From a virus (lineage: Duplodnaviria; Caudoviricetes), in the IMG/VR virus record IMGVR_UViG_3300043395_004688: a stretch of DNA of 64,000 nt; one strand, written 5' to 3'. The notes under the pieces are model-generated. The model did not search any database and had not been told where the DNA came from. It saw only the letters and a program-made list of their open reading frames with translations. Positions 30,731 to 40,606 of this stretch are shown here, piece by piece. The position numbers and the translations under genes are program-made. Within the stretch, counting starts at the first letter, position 1. Each line of letters begins with the position of its first letter.

Positions 30731-32217
30731 TGGCAGACGAAGCTAAGAACTACGGGCATGATATACAACAACTGTTTTTATCGTTTTTGATCAGTAATCG
30801 AGATCTGGCTGCTCGTTGTCAGAATGTGTTAGAGCCGGAACACTTTGATCGCAGGCTCAGAGCTGCTGCCGAGTTTATTAAAACCTATATCAACGAACAC
30901 GGCAACATTCCTGATGCCATACAGATCAAGGCATCAACAAATATTGAATTAACTGACCTAGGTGACCGAGCACATGAACATAGCTCGTGGTTCTTGGATG
31001 AGTTTGAGGGCTTTGCCAGACATAAGGCATTGGAGAAGGCTATTCTCCAAAGCGCCGACTTGCTGGATAAGAGCCAGTATGGTGCAGTAGAAAAGCTAAT
31101 CAAAGATGCAGTTCAGGTTGGACTACCAAAGACTTTTGGCACAGATTACTTTGCAGATCCCCAAGGGCGACTAACCGCACTAAAAGATAACAACGGCCAG
31201 TTGAGCACTGGTTGGAAGACACTGGACGATAAGTTGTATGGTGGTTTTAATAGAGGCGAACTAAACATCTTTGCAGGTGCATCAGGTGCAGGTAAAAGTT
31301 TGTTCTTACAAAATCTTGCGCTTAACTGGGCAATGACTGGCCTTAACACAGTTTACTTTAGTCTTGAATTGAGTGAAGGACTGTGTAGTATGCGTATGGA
31401 TGCAATGCTAACAGACACACCAACTCGCGAAGTGTTTAAGCGGCTTGAAGATGTCGATCTCAAAGTTAGAATGAGTGGTAAGAAGGCCGGAGTACTGCAA
31501 ATTGTACAGCTGACCAACGGCATTACAGCCAACGACATCTTGGCATGGGTGCGCGAGTTCCAAACACAGCGCAAAATCAAAGTAGATGCTATCTTGGTTG
31601 ACTACTTGGATTTGATGATGCCAGCAAGTCAAAAGATCAGTGTTAGTGATATGTTTGTTAAGGACAAGCTGGTAGCAGAAGAATTGCGTAACTTGGTTGT
31701 CAGCGAACAGTTATTGTTGGCAACAGCTAGCCAGTTGAATCGTAGTGCAGTTGAAAGCGTGGAGTTTGACCACTCTATGATTGCCGGTGGACTTAGTAAG
31801 ATTCAAACTGCGGACAATGTGTTTGGTATTTACAGTACACCTGCAATGAGAGAGCGTTGCATGGTGCAGATCCAGTTTATGAAAACTCGTAGTTCTAGCG
31901 CAGTTGGGCAAAAGATTGATCTAAGTTTTAATCCAGATACTCTGCGTATATCTGACGCTGCCGATGACAGCAATGCTAATGTTAGCAAAGCATCAGATGT
32001 ATACGAAAGAATCAAACAAAGGTCAAATGTAGGAACTACTGTGAATACAGGATCTTCGGCTTCGGCTCCTTGGGAGAAGCCCACTGGAACTCATGCTTGG
32101 GAAAAGCCAATGAATAATTCTGGAGCAGAAAAAGCTGAACAGCGTTCCAGTACTGCACCAGTGGCCACCAGTGTTCAACGAGCAGCCTTGGCTAAAATTG
32201 TAACGAGAGAAATCTAA
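30730..32217 (+). CDS. gp41: Replicative DnaB-like helicase
   Basis: STGWKTLD..LYGGF.RGELNIFAGASGAGKS, YFSLELSE, LVDYLDLM, TASQLNRS, KTRSS. Confidence 0.92.
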   Translation: MADEAKNYGHDIQQLFLSFLISNRDLAARCQNVLEPEHFDRRLRAAAEFIKTYINEHGNIPDAIQIKASTNIELTDLGDRAHEHSSWFLDEFEGFARHKALEKAILQSADLLDKSQYGAVEKLIKDAVQVGLPKTFGTDYFADPQGRLTALKDNNGQLSTGWKTLDDKLYGGFNRGELNIFAGASGAGKSLFLQNLALNWAMTGLNTVYFSLELSEGLCSMRMDAMLTDTPTREVFKRLEDVDLKVRMSGKKAGVLQIVQLTNGITANDILAWVREFQTQRKIKVDAILVDYLDLMMPASQKISVSDMFVKDKLVAEELRNLVVSEQLLLATASQLNRSAVESVEFDHSMIAGGLSKIQTADNVFGIYSTPAMRERCMVQIQFMKTRSSSAVGQKIDLSFNPDTLRISDAADDSNANVSKASDVYERIKQRSNVGTTVNTGSSASAPWEKPTGTHAWEKPMNNSGAEKAEQRSSTAPVATSVQRAALAKIVTREI

Positions 32218-32218
32218 T

Positions 32219-32650
32219 TTATTTTGGCTCGTATTTAGAAACCATTGGTTCTTCTTCAGTAGCACCAAGTTCTGGTTTTACATCAGCTGCAATATCAGCT
32301 TCGTCTTCCTCAGCTGATACATTAAAATCACGGATGTCGCTACGCATTCTCTGGATCAATGAGTTATCACTGGCAATGATGTCAGCCATGCTAGCAAAAG
32401 CCGCAGTCAATAGCTTGGATTCAGCAAAGGTAATTGGCTGCTCTGCTGATAATTTGTTCAAAACCTGCATAAAGCGACTCTGTAGCTCATCACTGACCAG
32501 TGGCTTTAGAGCCAGCTTTAAGCGGGCAAGTTCGCTGGCATTGATTTCATGTCCAGGCTCGCCAGTATCGGCATTGGTATCAAGTTCGCTGATCTGTGCT
32601 AAACGCTCGGCTAGCGCACGAATTTCTTTTGCACCTGTTGAAAGTTGCAT
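32219..32650 (-). CDS. Hypothetical protein
   Basis: 143-aa helical ORF with GGAG RBS and TAAATA motif on the minus strand. Confidence 0.7.
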   Translation of the reverse strand: MQLSTGAKEIRALAERLAQISELDTNADTGEPGHEINASELARLKLALKPLVSDELQSRFMQVLNKLSAEQPITFAESKLLTAAFASMADIIASDNSLIQRMRSDIRDFNVSAEEDEADIAADVKPELGATEEEPMVSKYEPK

Positions 32651-32698
32651 GAGTTGAGTCTCCTAATAAGTTTATTTATGCATAAATAGAGTATCATC

Positions 32699-32950
32699 AT
32701 GAGAAAACAAACCCGCAGCATTTTAGACGAAATTACCGGCTTAGTACCCAAGCAAGACAAGCATTTTCTTGTGGAAAGTCTAGCTGTGCAAGCCATTGCG
32801 CGAATTATCAACCTAACGGAAGTAATTCACCAAAATTATCCGCAGCACCAAGCCGACGAACTAATTCGTAGACTACAACTGGCCATCAAAAATGGTGATC
32901 CAGCTAAGTTTACTCGCGGTGTACGATCTATCAAGGAAAACGAACAGTGA
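32699..32950 (+). CDS. Hypothetical protein
   Basis: 83-aa ORF behind TAAATA. Confidence 0.7.
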   Translation: MRKQTRSILDEITGLVPKQDKHFLVESLAVQAIARIINLTEVIHQNYPQHQADELIRRLQLAIKNGDPAKFTRGVRSIKENEQ

Positions 32951-34131
32951 AAGTAACTGAGTTAAAACGCACACCACTTGAAGAAGGCTTTATTGATAAC
33001 CTAGTAGGTAAAGCAATTGGTATGTCCGGCGGCGACGGTATTACCGGCTTTATTAGAAGTTTACAAGGCGAAGGTGCCGCATTAAAGAAACTAGCTGATG
33101 CTATTGAAGTGGGTCTGGTAGGCGAGCTTCGCAAGCAAGCCGGACAAAACTTTGCCAAGATACAAAGAGATCAAGTACCGTTGCCTTTAACTGCAATGAT
33201 CAAGCTTGGGTTGAAATCTGCCGAAGCAGTATCGTCTAAAGAAACCGGCACAGCCACAGCCGCTGGCACAACTAGTTCAGATCCTGTGAGTGCTGCTCAA
33301 ATTGCCGAGCTTATTAAAAACAACAAGCGTTCTGTGGTTACTGTGGCCGGTGGCGGAGTAAATGCCATTGTTGACGCAATTGTACAGGTGGCTGGCGGAG
33401 CCGAAGCAACAGCCATTGAAAACTTAAAATATGAAAAGGCACTTGACGGTATTTGCTTGTCTCTTGCCGCAGCCACTATCATAGCCACTGGCGAGGATCT
33501 AAGCGAAACACCATTTAAAATGGATCCTGAACTCAAGCAAAAATTTGAAGAGCTTGGCGCACAGATATTAGATATTCTATTAGATCCAGCAAACGGACTA
33601 AAGCAGAATCAAGATTTCATAGACAACATTAAAAACTTAATCATTGTTCATTATCTCAATGAGCGTATTAGAAAGAGATATGCGGTAATGACTGCTGCTC
33701 AACTAACTGAGTTGATATCAAAAACACCAGTTATTTTGACTCCTGGTGAGTATAAGAGATTTTTATCACAGCATAATCCGACAGGCATTCAATCAGACCC
33801 ATTAAATGCAGTAATTAATTCCGTAACAGAAGCCGTACAAGGACAATTTAAAATTTGGTTACAATTGGCAGCTGATGAAGCAGCCACAGGAAGAAAGCCA
33901 CAACAATCTTTAAACTTGTACACAGAATGGGCTAGAACTGTGATCAAGATGCTTGATCAAAGCAAGTACGGATCTGCTCCTGCTCCTACTGCTCCTACTG
34001 CACCCGGAGAGCCAGAAGCCAACCCACTTGATGATGCAGGAAAATTCGTTGAGGAGTTGGAAAAACATTTGGCCTCTGGTGGAACAATTACACCCGAACA
34101 GTTAGCTATACTCAAGGAATTAATGAAATGA
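32947..34131 (+). CDS. Hypothetical protein (probable head-internal)
   Basis: 394 aa, GTGA coupled; LEEG motif near the N-terminus. Confidence 0.7.
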   Translation: MKVTELKRTPLEEGFIDNLVGKAIGMSGGDGITGFIRSLQGEGAALKKLADAIEVGLVGELRKQAGQNFAKIQRDQVPLPLTAMIKLGLKSAEAVSSKETGTATAAGTTSSDPVSAAQIAELIKNNKRSVVTVAGGGVNAIVDAIVQVAGGAEATAIENLKYEKALDGICLSLAAATIIATGEDLSETPFKMDPELKQKFEELGAQILDILLDPANGLKQNQDFIDNIKNLIIVHYLNERIRKRYAVMTAAQLTELISKTPVILTPGEYKRFLSQHNPTGIQSDPLNAVINSVTEAVQGQFKIWLQLAADEAATGRKPQQSLNLYTEWARTVIKMLDQSKYGSAPAPTAPTAPGEPEANPLDDAGKFVEELEKHLASGGTITPEQLAILKELMK

Positions 34132-37100
34132 AATTAAAAGAAGTCAACACAGTACAACGACAAAAGCTTTATGAAGGACTTGTGTATAGCAGACAAATTC
34201 TTGCTGAGTCAGTTAGTGGCCTCACTGAAGATCAAACCAGAGTTGTAAATTACATATACAATCAATTTACTCCACTGATTCATGCAATGCTGACGGAAGC
34301 ACCGCTGACCAAGGCACAAGTTGATCAGATTTTTCAAGGTATTGAAAGTGGCGCAGTAGCCGCTGGTAACAATAGAACACTAATTGGTAAAGGCGTTGAT
34401 TATGCCAAAGAAGCAAACAAGATTGCAGATCAGTTTGGCGAATGGCTACAAACAACCACTCCAGTCCAAGCCGCAGATCAAAAATTTGAAAAACTGAAAA
34501 AAACTATTAAGACCTCTTTGGGCGACGATAGCAGAGTCATGAAGGGTATTAACAGCTTAGGACAATGGGCCAAAGATAACCCAGGTACTTCAGCAGCCGT
34601 AATTGGTTTAATGACAGTGATTGCCAGCATTGCTGGTAGTCCAGCAGCTGGTACAGTTGTTGCACTTGTGCTTAGAAGTGCTTTAGAACTAGTCAAAGGC
34701 GAAAAGCTATCTACCGCAGTTGGACGAGGTCTTAAGACTTATGCCATTACTTGGTTGGCAGGTCAGGCCCTAGAATTGGTCAAGGACGGCATCTTGGCAG
34801 TATTTGACCGCATTGCTGATATCTATAAGATTACCACAAACATTACACCAGTAAATGATGTTATTGGTGATGTGAACATGATGGTAGAAGTCAACGGTCG
34901 TTCTTATATTGATGTCAGCAACATGCCAATGTTTAAAGCTGACTATGAAGTACTGGACAACCTAAGAGACCAAGTATTTCAATCAGCAGAAAGAGATGCC
35001 GCAGCCTTTGCATCAGCACATCAGGCCTTTTATGCAAAGTTAGCCGAAGTCAGTACAGCAGAGTATGCAGCCAAATTGGCAGCGGCAGCTCAGCAGTCCG
35101 GTGAGACACTATCTAATGTTGCTGTCTTTGACACAGTACGAGACGGTATTAATGGTGTTGGTGATGCCATAATTGCACTTGGACAAGGCGCAGCCGCAGC
35201 CGCATCTGCCATGCCTGGTGACAAAAAAGACGCTGAAAAGCCAGAAGAAAAGGGCACAGCGTTTGACACAGAGAAGGACAAAGAAAAAAGCGGACCAGGT
35301 AATCGCAAGGTTGGTGACATTGTTCAGTTTGGTGCCGCTGGTGATCCAAGTAGTGCTCAATGGACTGGTGAAGCCGGCAAAGAATGGGAATTATTAGGCG
35401 GCGCCCTCTTTGACAGAATCATCGATGATCCATCAACAGATCGAGTGAATAACATACAGCGCGACACATCAAGGAAAGTGCATAGGTTGTTCATCGACAA
35501 GGATAGTGCTAAAAAATTATTCACCTTGGAAAGCAGAAGGCTTGCTCCGGGTAAGCAATTTGCCGTGTTTGAAGCTATTCAGTATATCTATGAAAATCCA
35601 GCAGTACTAACTCAAATCCAAACCAGTGCCAGCAAGTTGTTGCAAAAGCTTGCAGTCAAGGGTGGCAATATTACCAATAAGGTAACAGCAGATAAACTTA
35701 GACAGGCTTGGGAAAAGGCCGGCAGTCCAATGGACAGTGAAGATTTACATGACTTTTTGACTGGGCAAGGAGTTGATTCAGCAATAGTGGCAAAAACATA
35801 CGAAGTCTTAGGCCACGCAGCACCAACACAGAATGTCAAACGAGTCAGTCCACCAAAGAAAGATGATACAAAGTCTGGCGAGGGAACACCAACTGATACT
35901 AAACCAGCTGACGGCAAGTCAGCTGATACCACTGCAACTACTACATCAACTACTCCAACAACAGAGCCAACAACTCCTACTACAACAACCACTCCAACCA
36001 GCGACACCACAGCCACAACAACTACATCAACTACACCAACTTCTGCTGAACCGGCTGCTCTTAAAAATCTAGCAGCAAATGTAAAAGCATTCAAAGACAA
36101 AGGCGGTGCGCTGCCAGATGATGTAAAGGCCAGATTACAAGCTCTCATTTCTAAAGCAGAAGCAACACCTGCACCTAAAGAAAGTGTACAAGTCGTCAAA
36201 AAATCTTTGACAGAAGCGGTTGCTCGTGGTCGTCAGCAGGTAATGCTCACTGAAGCAAAGGCTCGCATCGACCATCCTGAAGATCTAGTTTTTGAAGAAG
36301 GTTCAGCCGGTGCCCGTCGTGCATTAGAGGCCATTGTTCATACTGCAAAGAATCCAAGTACAGCCACAGTCAAATGGGACGGAACTCCTGCTATTATATT
36401 TGGTCGAGATGATCAGGGATTTATTCTAACAGATAAGTCAGGATTTGGTGCCAAGAAATATGATGGTATGGCTCGCAGTAGCACAATGTTTAGAGATATG
36501 CTGTACAATCGCAAGCCCGACGAGCCAGGTAGACTTGAGTATTCCACACAGTTGGCCAAACTATTCCCTATGTTGGAAAAGATGGTACCAGTTAAATTCC
36601 GTGGATTTATTCAAGGCGATGTGATGTGGATGAATCCACTGGAAGAACACAACGGCGTATTTGAGATTCAACCTCTCAAGGTAAAGTACACCATTGATGC
36701 CAGCAGTGACCTAGGTAAGAAGATTAAAAAGAGTCAAGCTGGTATTGTGGTACACAGCTACTTCTCTGATAAAACCGAAGAAGAGCCTAGAGCAATGTCT
36801 CCTGCAGAAATTGAATCATTGAAAACAAGTCCAGGCTTAATGGTACTGAGTCCAGTGATGCAGGTGAGATCTGAGGCATTTGAATTGCCCAAGGCCGACA
36901 TTGAAAAAGTACAACAGTTTATTCAATCCAAGGGTCCAGCCATTGATCGCTTGCTGGATAACATGACTGTTAGCTCAATGAAAATTTCTAACCTACCAGA
37001 TATTTTCAAGAGCTTCTTGAATTTTAAAGCTTACCAAGGCAAGGATGGATTTGTCCAACAAGAATTCCTTAACTGGCTGAACAGTCCAGACAGTAAGCTG

Positions 37101-37352
37101 ACAGCCAACAAGTTACAAAATGTCATGGCACATTTAGAAAAGAACAAGGCTGGGTTTGACGCAGTATTTAAATTGGCCAATGCTTTGGTTAATTTAAAAT
37201 ATCTACTCAAGGCTCAGCTAGATGCACACGCTAGTCAGAATAACTCTGTGCTTGCAACAGTTAAAGGCCAGTCAGGGCACGAAGGCTTTGTGGCAGATAC
37301 ACCGCACGGTAAAATTAAATTAGTTAATCGTCCTGTGTTTATGAAAAAGTAA
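34128..37352 (+). CDS. Large multidomain protein with C-terminal ligase-like nucleotidyltransferase domain
   Basis: TVKWDGTPAIIFG (KxDG), IQGDVM, HEGFV, IKLVNR in the last ~365 aa; hydrophobic helices and a Thr/Pro linker upstream. Confidence 0.7.
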   Translation: MKLKEVNTVQRQKLYEGLVYSRQILAESVSGLTEDQTRVVNYIYNQFTPLIHAMLTEAPLTKAQVDQIFQGIESGAVAAGNNRTLIGKGVDYAKEANKIADQFGEWLQTTTPVQAADQKFEKLKKTIKTSLGDDSRVMKGINSLGQWAKDNPGTSAAVIGLMTVIASIAGSPAAGTVVALVLRSALELVKGEKLSTAVGRGLKTYAITWLAGQALELVKDGILAVFDRIADIYKITTNITPVNDVIGDVNMMVEVNGRSYIDVSNMPMFKADYEVLDNLRDQVFQSAERDAAAFASAHQAFYAKLAEVSTAEYAAKLAAAAQQSGETLSNVAVFDTVRDGINGVGDAIIALGQGAAAAASAMPGDKKDAEKPEEKGTAFDTEKDKEKSGPGNRKVGDIVQFGAAGDPSSAQWTGEAGKEWELLGGALFDRIIDDPSTDRVNNIQRDTSRKVHRLFIDKDSAKKLFTLESRRLAPGKQFAVFEAIQYIYENPAVLTQIQTSASKLLQKLAVKGGNITNKVTADKLRQAWEKAGSPMDSEDLHDFLTGQGVDSAIVAKTYEVLGHAAPTQNVKRVSPPKKDDTKSGEGTPTDTKPADGKSADTTATTTSTTPTTEPTTPTTTTTPTSDTTATTTTSTTPTSAEPAALKNLAANVKAFKDKGGALPDDVKARLQALISKAEATPAPKESVQVVKKSLTEAVARGRQQVMLTEAKARIDHPEDLVFEEGSAGARRALEAIVHTAKNPSTATVKWDGTPAIIFGRDDQGFILTDKSGFGAKKYDGMARSSTMFRDMLYNRKPDEPGRLEYSTQLAKLFPMLEKMVPVKFRGFIQGDVMWMNPLEEHNGVFEIQPLKVKYTIDASSDLGKKIKKSQAGIVVHSYFSDKTEEEPRAMSPAEIESLKTSPGLMVLSPVMQVRSEAFELPKADIEKVQQFIQSKGPAIDRLLDNMTVSSMKISNLPDIFKSFLNFKAYQGKDGFVQQEFLNWLNSPDSKLTANKLQNVMAHLEKNKAGFDAVFKLANALVNLKYLLKAQLDAHASQNNSVLATVKGQSGHEGFVADTPHGKIKLVNRPVFMKK

Positions 37353-37361
37353 AGGTGTATA

Positions 37362-38147
37362 ATGGAAAACGAACAAGACAACAGTTTTAGTTTTATTAGA
37401 GAAAATTGTAACGAAAGTAAAATGTTTCGTAACAATTACCTGTCTCAACTGACTCTTAGAGACACAGCCGATAGTGTGTTTCTTAACATGCTAACATTGT
37501 ATATGTTGAGTGCAGAGTTTGAAACTCGTCCTTTTGCTCAAGACTATGCCAGACGAACACTGATGTTTGGAAATTTTGCACTACCAAGAGTGGGCGGTAC
37601 TGACTTGTATCAGGGATTGCACATTTTGCTTAATCCAAACGGTGATGCAGCCGGGAGACTCAAAGCCTCGGAACAAAATAAAGCATTGGCTGCTCAACTC
37701 AAAACCAACAGCAAATTGGTCAGACTATTTCTTAAAGGTATTGCCGACGGCACCTTAGATCGAGTTGCTGCCATTCGTATCATGTATAGACTTGAAGGAC
37801 AAATGGCCATTGATATCAGCAACTACAAGAGCCTGCGTAGACTTATGACAGATTGGGAAAATCAAACCACATATCAAAAACAAATGTGTGTAACCAGACT
37901 GCTTCAATATTATAGAATCCGAGGTCGTCGTAGCGAACTATTGCCAGTGTTAGAAGCACTAGCTCGTAACAAAGGCTTAGAGTTAACAGATGTAGCCAAC
38001 GCCGAACTAGCAGCCATTGGTGCAGGCGGCATTGTAGGTTCCAGATCAGGCAACGGGTTTCTTTCAACCATAGCCAAAGTTGCCGCAGGTGCTGCAATTG
38101 GAGCAGCACTAGGACATGCTATTTTTAAAACTGATAGTTCCAAATGA
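37362..38147 (+). CDS. Hypothetical protein
   Basis: 261-aa ORF with Gly/Ala-rich hydrophobic C-terminus. Confidence 0.7.
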   Translation: MENEQDNSFSFIRENCNESKMFRNNYLSQLTLRDTADSVFLNMLTLYMLSAEFETRPFAQDYARRTLMFGNFALPRVGGTDLYQGLHILLNPNGDAAGRLKASEQNKALAAQLKTNSKLVRLFLKGIADGTLDRVAAIRIMYRLEGQMAIDISNYKSLRRLMTDWENQTTYQKQMCVTRLLQYYRIRGRRSELLPVLEALARNKGLELTDVANAELAAIGAGGIVGSRSGNGFLSTIAKVAAGAAIGAALGHAIFKTDSSK

Positions 38148-38554
38148 CAGACAAAAAATCTTACATGCTTCCGGGCAAGCACCTTGGAGCCGACCCAGAG
38201 TTTTTTACTGCTTGGACTCTCTATGACATCAGCCCAACCAGCCCAGAAAATCTCACAAGGCTAATGACCATTATAGCCAATAGAGGACAACCGTTGTTGG
38301 CCGGTATAGAGATTATTGAATCGCAGGATTTAACAGATGGATATTTTGGCACAGAATACAATGGAGTTCACAGAGTCTGTTGCTTAAAGTGGATTGCCAG
38401 TGGCATTGCACAAATGACCGAAGAAACCTTAATGAAAGATGCCGAAGGCATAGTAATGCAACTCAGCAAGCACGATACTGTTAAATTGCCCGGAAAAATT
38501 ATCACATCAGGACCCCAAACAAACACCTTTTTTATTAGGCACGATTCTTTTTAA
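38144..38554 (+). CDS. Hypothetical protein
   Basis: 136-aa ORF, ATGA coupled. Confidence 0.65.
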   Translation: MTDKKSYMLPGKHLGADPEFFTAWTLYDISPTSPENLTRLMTIIANRGQPLLAGIEIIESQDLTDGYFGTEYNGVHRVCCLKWIASGIAQMTEETLMKDAEGIVMQLSKHDTVKLPGKIITSGPQTNTFFIRHDSF

Positions 38555-38692
38555 TTTGGCTAAATATACAGTAAATTTAACATCCGTTATAACAACTCAC
38601 CCTGGCTCCAAAATTTGAACTAAACAATACACTCAAAGCACGATGCTTTGCTGTGTAATTTTACATTGGAAAATAACGGAGTTTACCAGGGC

Positions 38693-38986
38693 ATGGCCGC
38701 TACGAAAATAACGGAAAGTACCAGTCTTGAAATGCACGTTGAACTGTGTGCAGAAAGGTACAATCGCTTAGAAGAAAAATTTGAGCTAGTTGAAACTAGA
38801 CTTGATAATCTTCATAGAGATTTTAATTCATTCAAATCTGAAAATTCCAAAAACATGGCTGATATCAAGACCATGCTATCCAATGCAAAAGATGAAAAGT
38901 TCAAGGTTATGGTAACTGTGACCGGTACAGTAATTGTTAGCTTAATTGGCTTGCTTGGTTACCTTCTAACACATTTGCCAAAATGA
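38693..38986 (+). CDS. Coiled-coil protein with C-terminal transmembrane helix
   Basis: Heptad region then VMVTVTGTVIVSLIGLLGYLL; GGAG RBS supports ATG 38693. Confidence 0.65.
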   Translation: MAATKITESTSLEMHVELCAERYNRLEEKFELVETRLDNLHRDFNSFKSENSKNMADIKTMLSNAKDEKFKVMVTVTGTVIVSLIGLLGYLLTHLPK

Positions 38987-39249
38987 AAATAGTAGTAGAA
39001 GCCAAGATTGTATGGGCCCGTAAAGGCAAAAAAATAGCTAGAAAAGTGCGTTGTACTTCTGGACGACGCAAAGGTAGAGTTGTAAGTTCTGCTAGTAGTT
39101 GCAGTAAAAAAGTTGACATTAAAAAGAGGATGCAGTTTAAGCGTACCAAAGCTAGGATGCGTGGCCGCATTATCATGAAAACCAGAAGAACCAAAAAGTT
39201 TAATCCTTTGAGCAAAAGAGTAACCAGATTAAACAAAAGAAGACGCTAA
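38983..39249 (+). CDS. Small, extremely basic protein
   Basis: 88 aa dominated by K/R; coupled to the previous gene. Confidence 0.7.
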   Translation: MKIVVEAKIVWARKGKKIARKVRCTSGRRKGRVVSSASSCSKKVDIKKRMQFKRTKARMRGRIIMKTRRTKKFNPLSKRVTRLNKRRR

Positions 39250-39269
39250 ATAGATTACTGGAGAACACA

Positions 39270-39893
39270 ATGAAATTTAACGATATTACATCAACCAATC
39301 CGGCCCAGGCAGCAAAAAAGGCTTTGCGTAAAGAAAGCATTGAAGTAGCTGATCTAGGTGGCCGTCGCCTACGCGAAGAACTTCAACGTGTAAACGAAGA
39401 AATTGACACACTGGCCAGTAAGGGCGGTGAAGCATATACTAGGGCAATCCTTCACAGAGAAATCTACGAAGATATGGCCAAAGTTGATGCGGTAATCTTT
39501 GAAGCTGATTTAGACGACGAAAATATTGAGCAAGCAGAAGTTGTCATCGCTGCCCGTGCAATGAATAACGAATTTCAATCCATGATTGAAGATGTTGCTG
39601 ACATGCTAGGCAGCGACATGATTACTTTAGTAGATCAAATCAAAGCTCGCTTTGGTGATGCTGCTGGTGAACAATATGCACAAACAGTCAAGACTGCACT
39701 AGAAGGTGCAATTGATACCCTAACACAAACCAAAGACAGCCTAGATGGCGCTATTTCAGGATTGACTGGACCAGCACCAGCAGCCGAGCCGGCAGCACCT
39801 GCTGCTGACGCCGCAGCGGCTCCTATCTTCCCAAGTAGTAGTGGCCCAGAAGCCGAAGCCACTGGACGGGAGATTAAGAGTGACGCTGCTTGA
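39270..39893 (+). CDS. Acidic helical protein (possible prohead core/scaffold)
   Basis: 207 aa, GGAG RBS, TAAATA motif, Ala/Pro tail. Confidence 0.6.
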   Translation: MKFNDITSTNPAQAAKKALRKESIEVADLGGRRLREELQRVNEEIDTLASKGGEAYTRAILHREIYEDMAKVDAVIFEADLDDENIEQAEVVIAARAMNNEFQSMIEDVADMLGSDMITLVDQIKARFGDAAGEQYAQTVKTALEGAIDTLTQTKDSLDGAISGLTGPAPAAEPAAPAADAAAAPIFPSSSGPEAEATGREIKSDAA

Positions 39894-40221
39894 ACTAGTT
39901 AAAGCTGATCAGGGTTTTGCTAATGCTGTAAAGATGCTGATCATTCGTGGTCAGAATCAAGGCCAGTCTAAAATTCTGATGAAAGACATGATTGCCTCAT
40001 TGAACAAAATGGGTTTCAGTGCTGGTGGTCAGGTCAATGCTATACGAGAACTAGTGGCCACATTCAAGGCAAAAAATGATAAACTAATTTCTGATGTTAA
40101 TAACGACGAAATTACACTGACAACAGTTCCTTCGGCAGATACACAAGATCAAGCAGAACTAAACAAGATTGAAATCAGCAAAGATGCAACTGCCGCAGCA
40201 ATGAAGGAACTAGGACTATGA
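39880..40221 (+). CDS. Hypothetical protein
   Basis: GTG start at 39880 overlapping the previous gene's end. Confidence 0.6.
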   Translation: MTLLELVKADQGFANAVKMLIIRGQNQGQSKILMKDMIASLNKMGFSAGGQVNAIRELVATFKAKNDKLISDVNNDEITLTTVPSADTQDQAELNKIEISKDATAAAMKELGL

Positions 40222-40565
40222 GTAGATTAATGTTAACTGCTGGCGAAGCCAGAACCAAAGCTCTGCAGGATCTTATAGTTTTACGCGAAGTTCGTGACCT
40301 AGAAGAATTTATTCTAATAGAATCAGCAGCCGGAGGATACCAAGTCATTGTATCTACAACAACAACCATGGCAAAGAATGCTGCCGACACCGGCTATGCA
40401 CTAGCAGCCGAATATTACGATGTATGGGTTGGCGCTAGCGATGACAGGGCCAAGTCTTTGCAAATGGCTAAGGTAGTACAATACTTCACCGACCTTGGTT
40501 ATACAGTTGATCGCCAGACCAACTCAACTACCCAGACCACATTTCAATGGGTCATTTCTTGGTGA
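40218..40565 (+). CDS. Hypothetical protein
   Basis: 115-aa ORF with AAGGA RBS. Confidence 0.7.
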   Translation: MSRLMLTAGEARTKALQDLIVLREVRDLEEFILIESAAGGYQVIVSTTTTMAKNAADTGYALAAEYYDVWVGASDDRAKSLQMAKVVQYFTDLGYTVDRQTNSTTQTTFQWVISW

Positions 40566-40606
40566 CATATAGTCATTGACTTGTGTAGCAAATCTTGCTA
40601 TACTAA

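Noticed and set aside
35612-36199. 195-aa Val-rich antisense ORF
   Set aside because: Mirror of the Thr/Pro linker of the 1074-aa protein.
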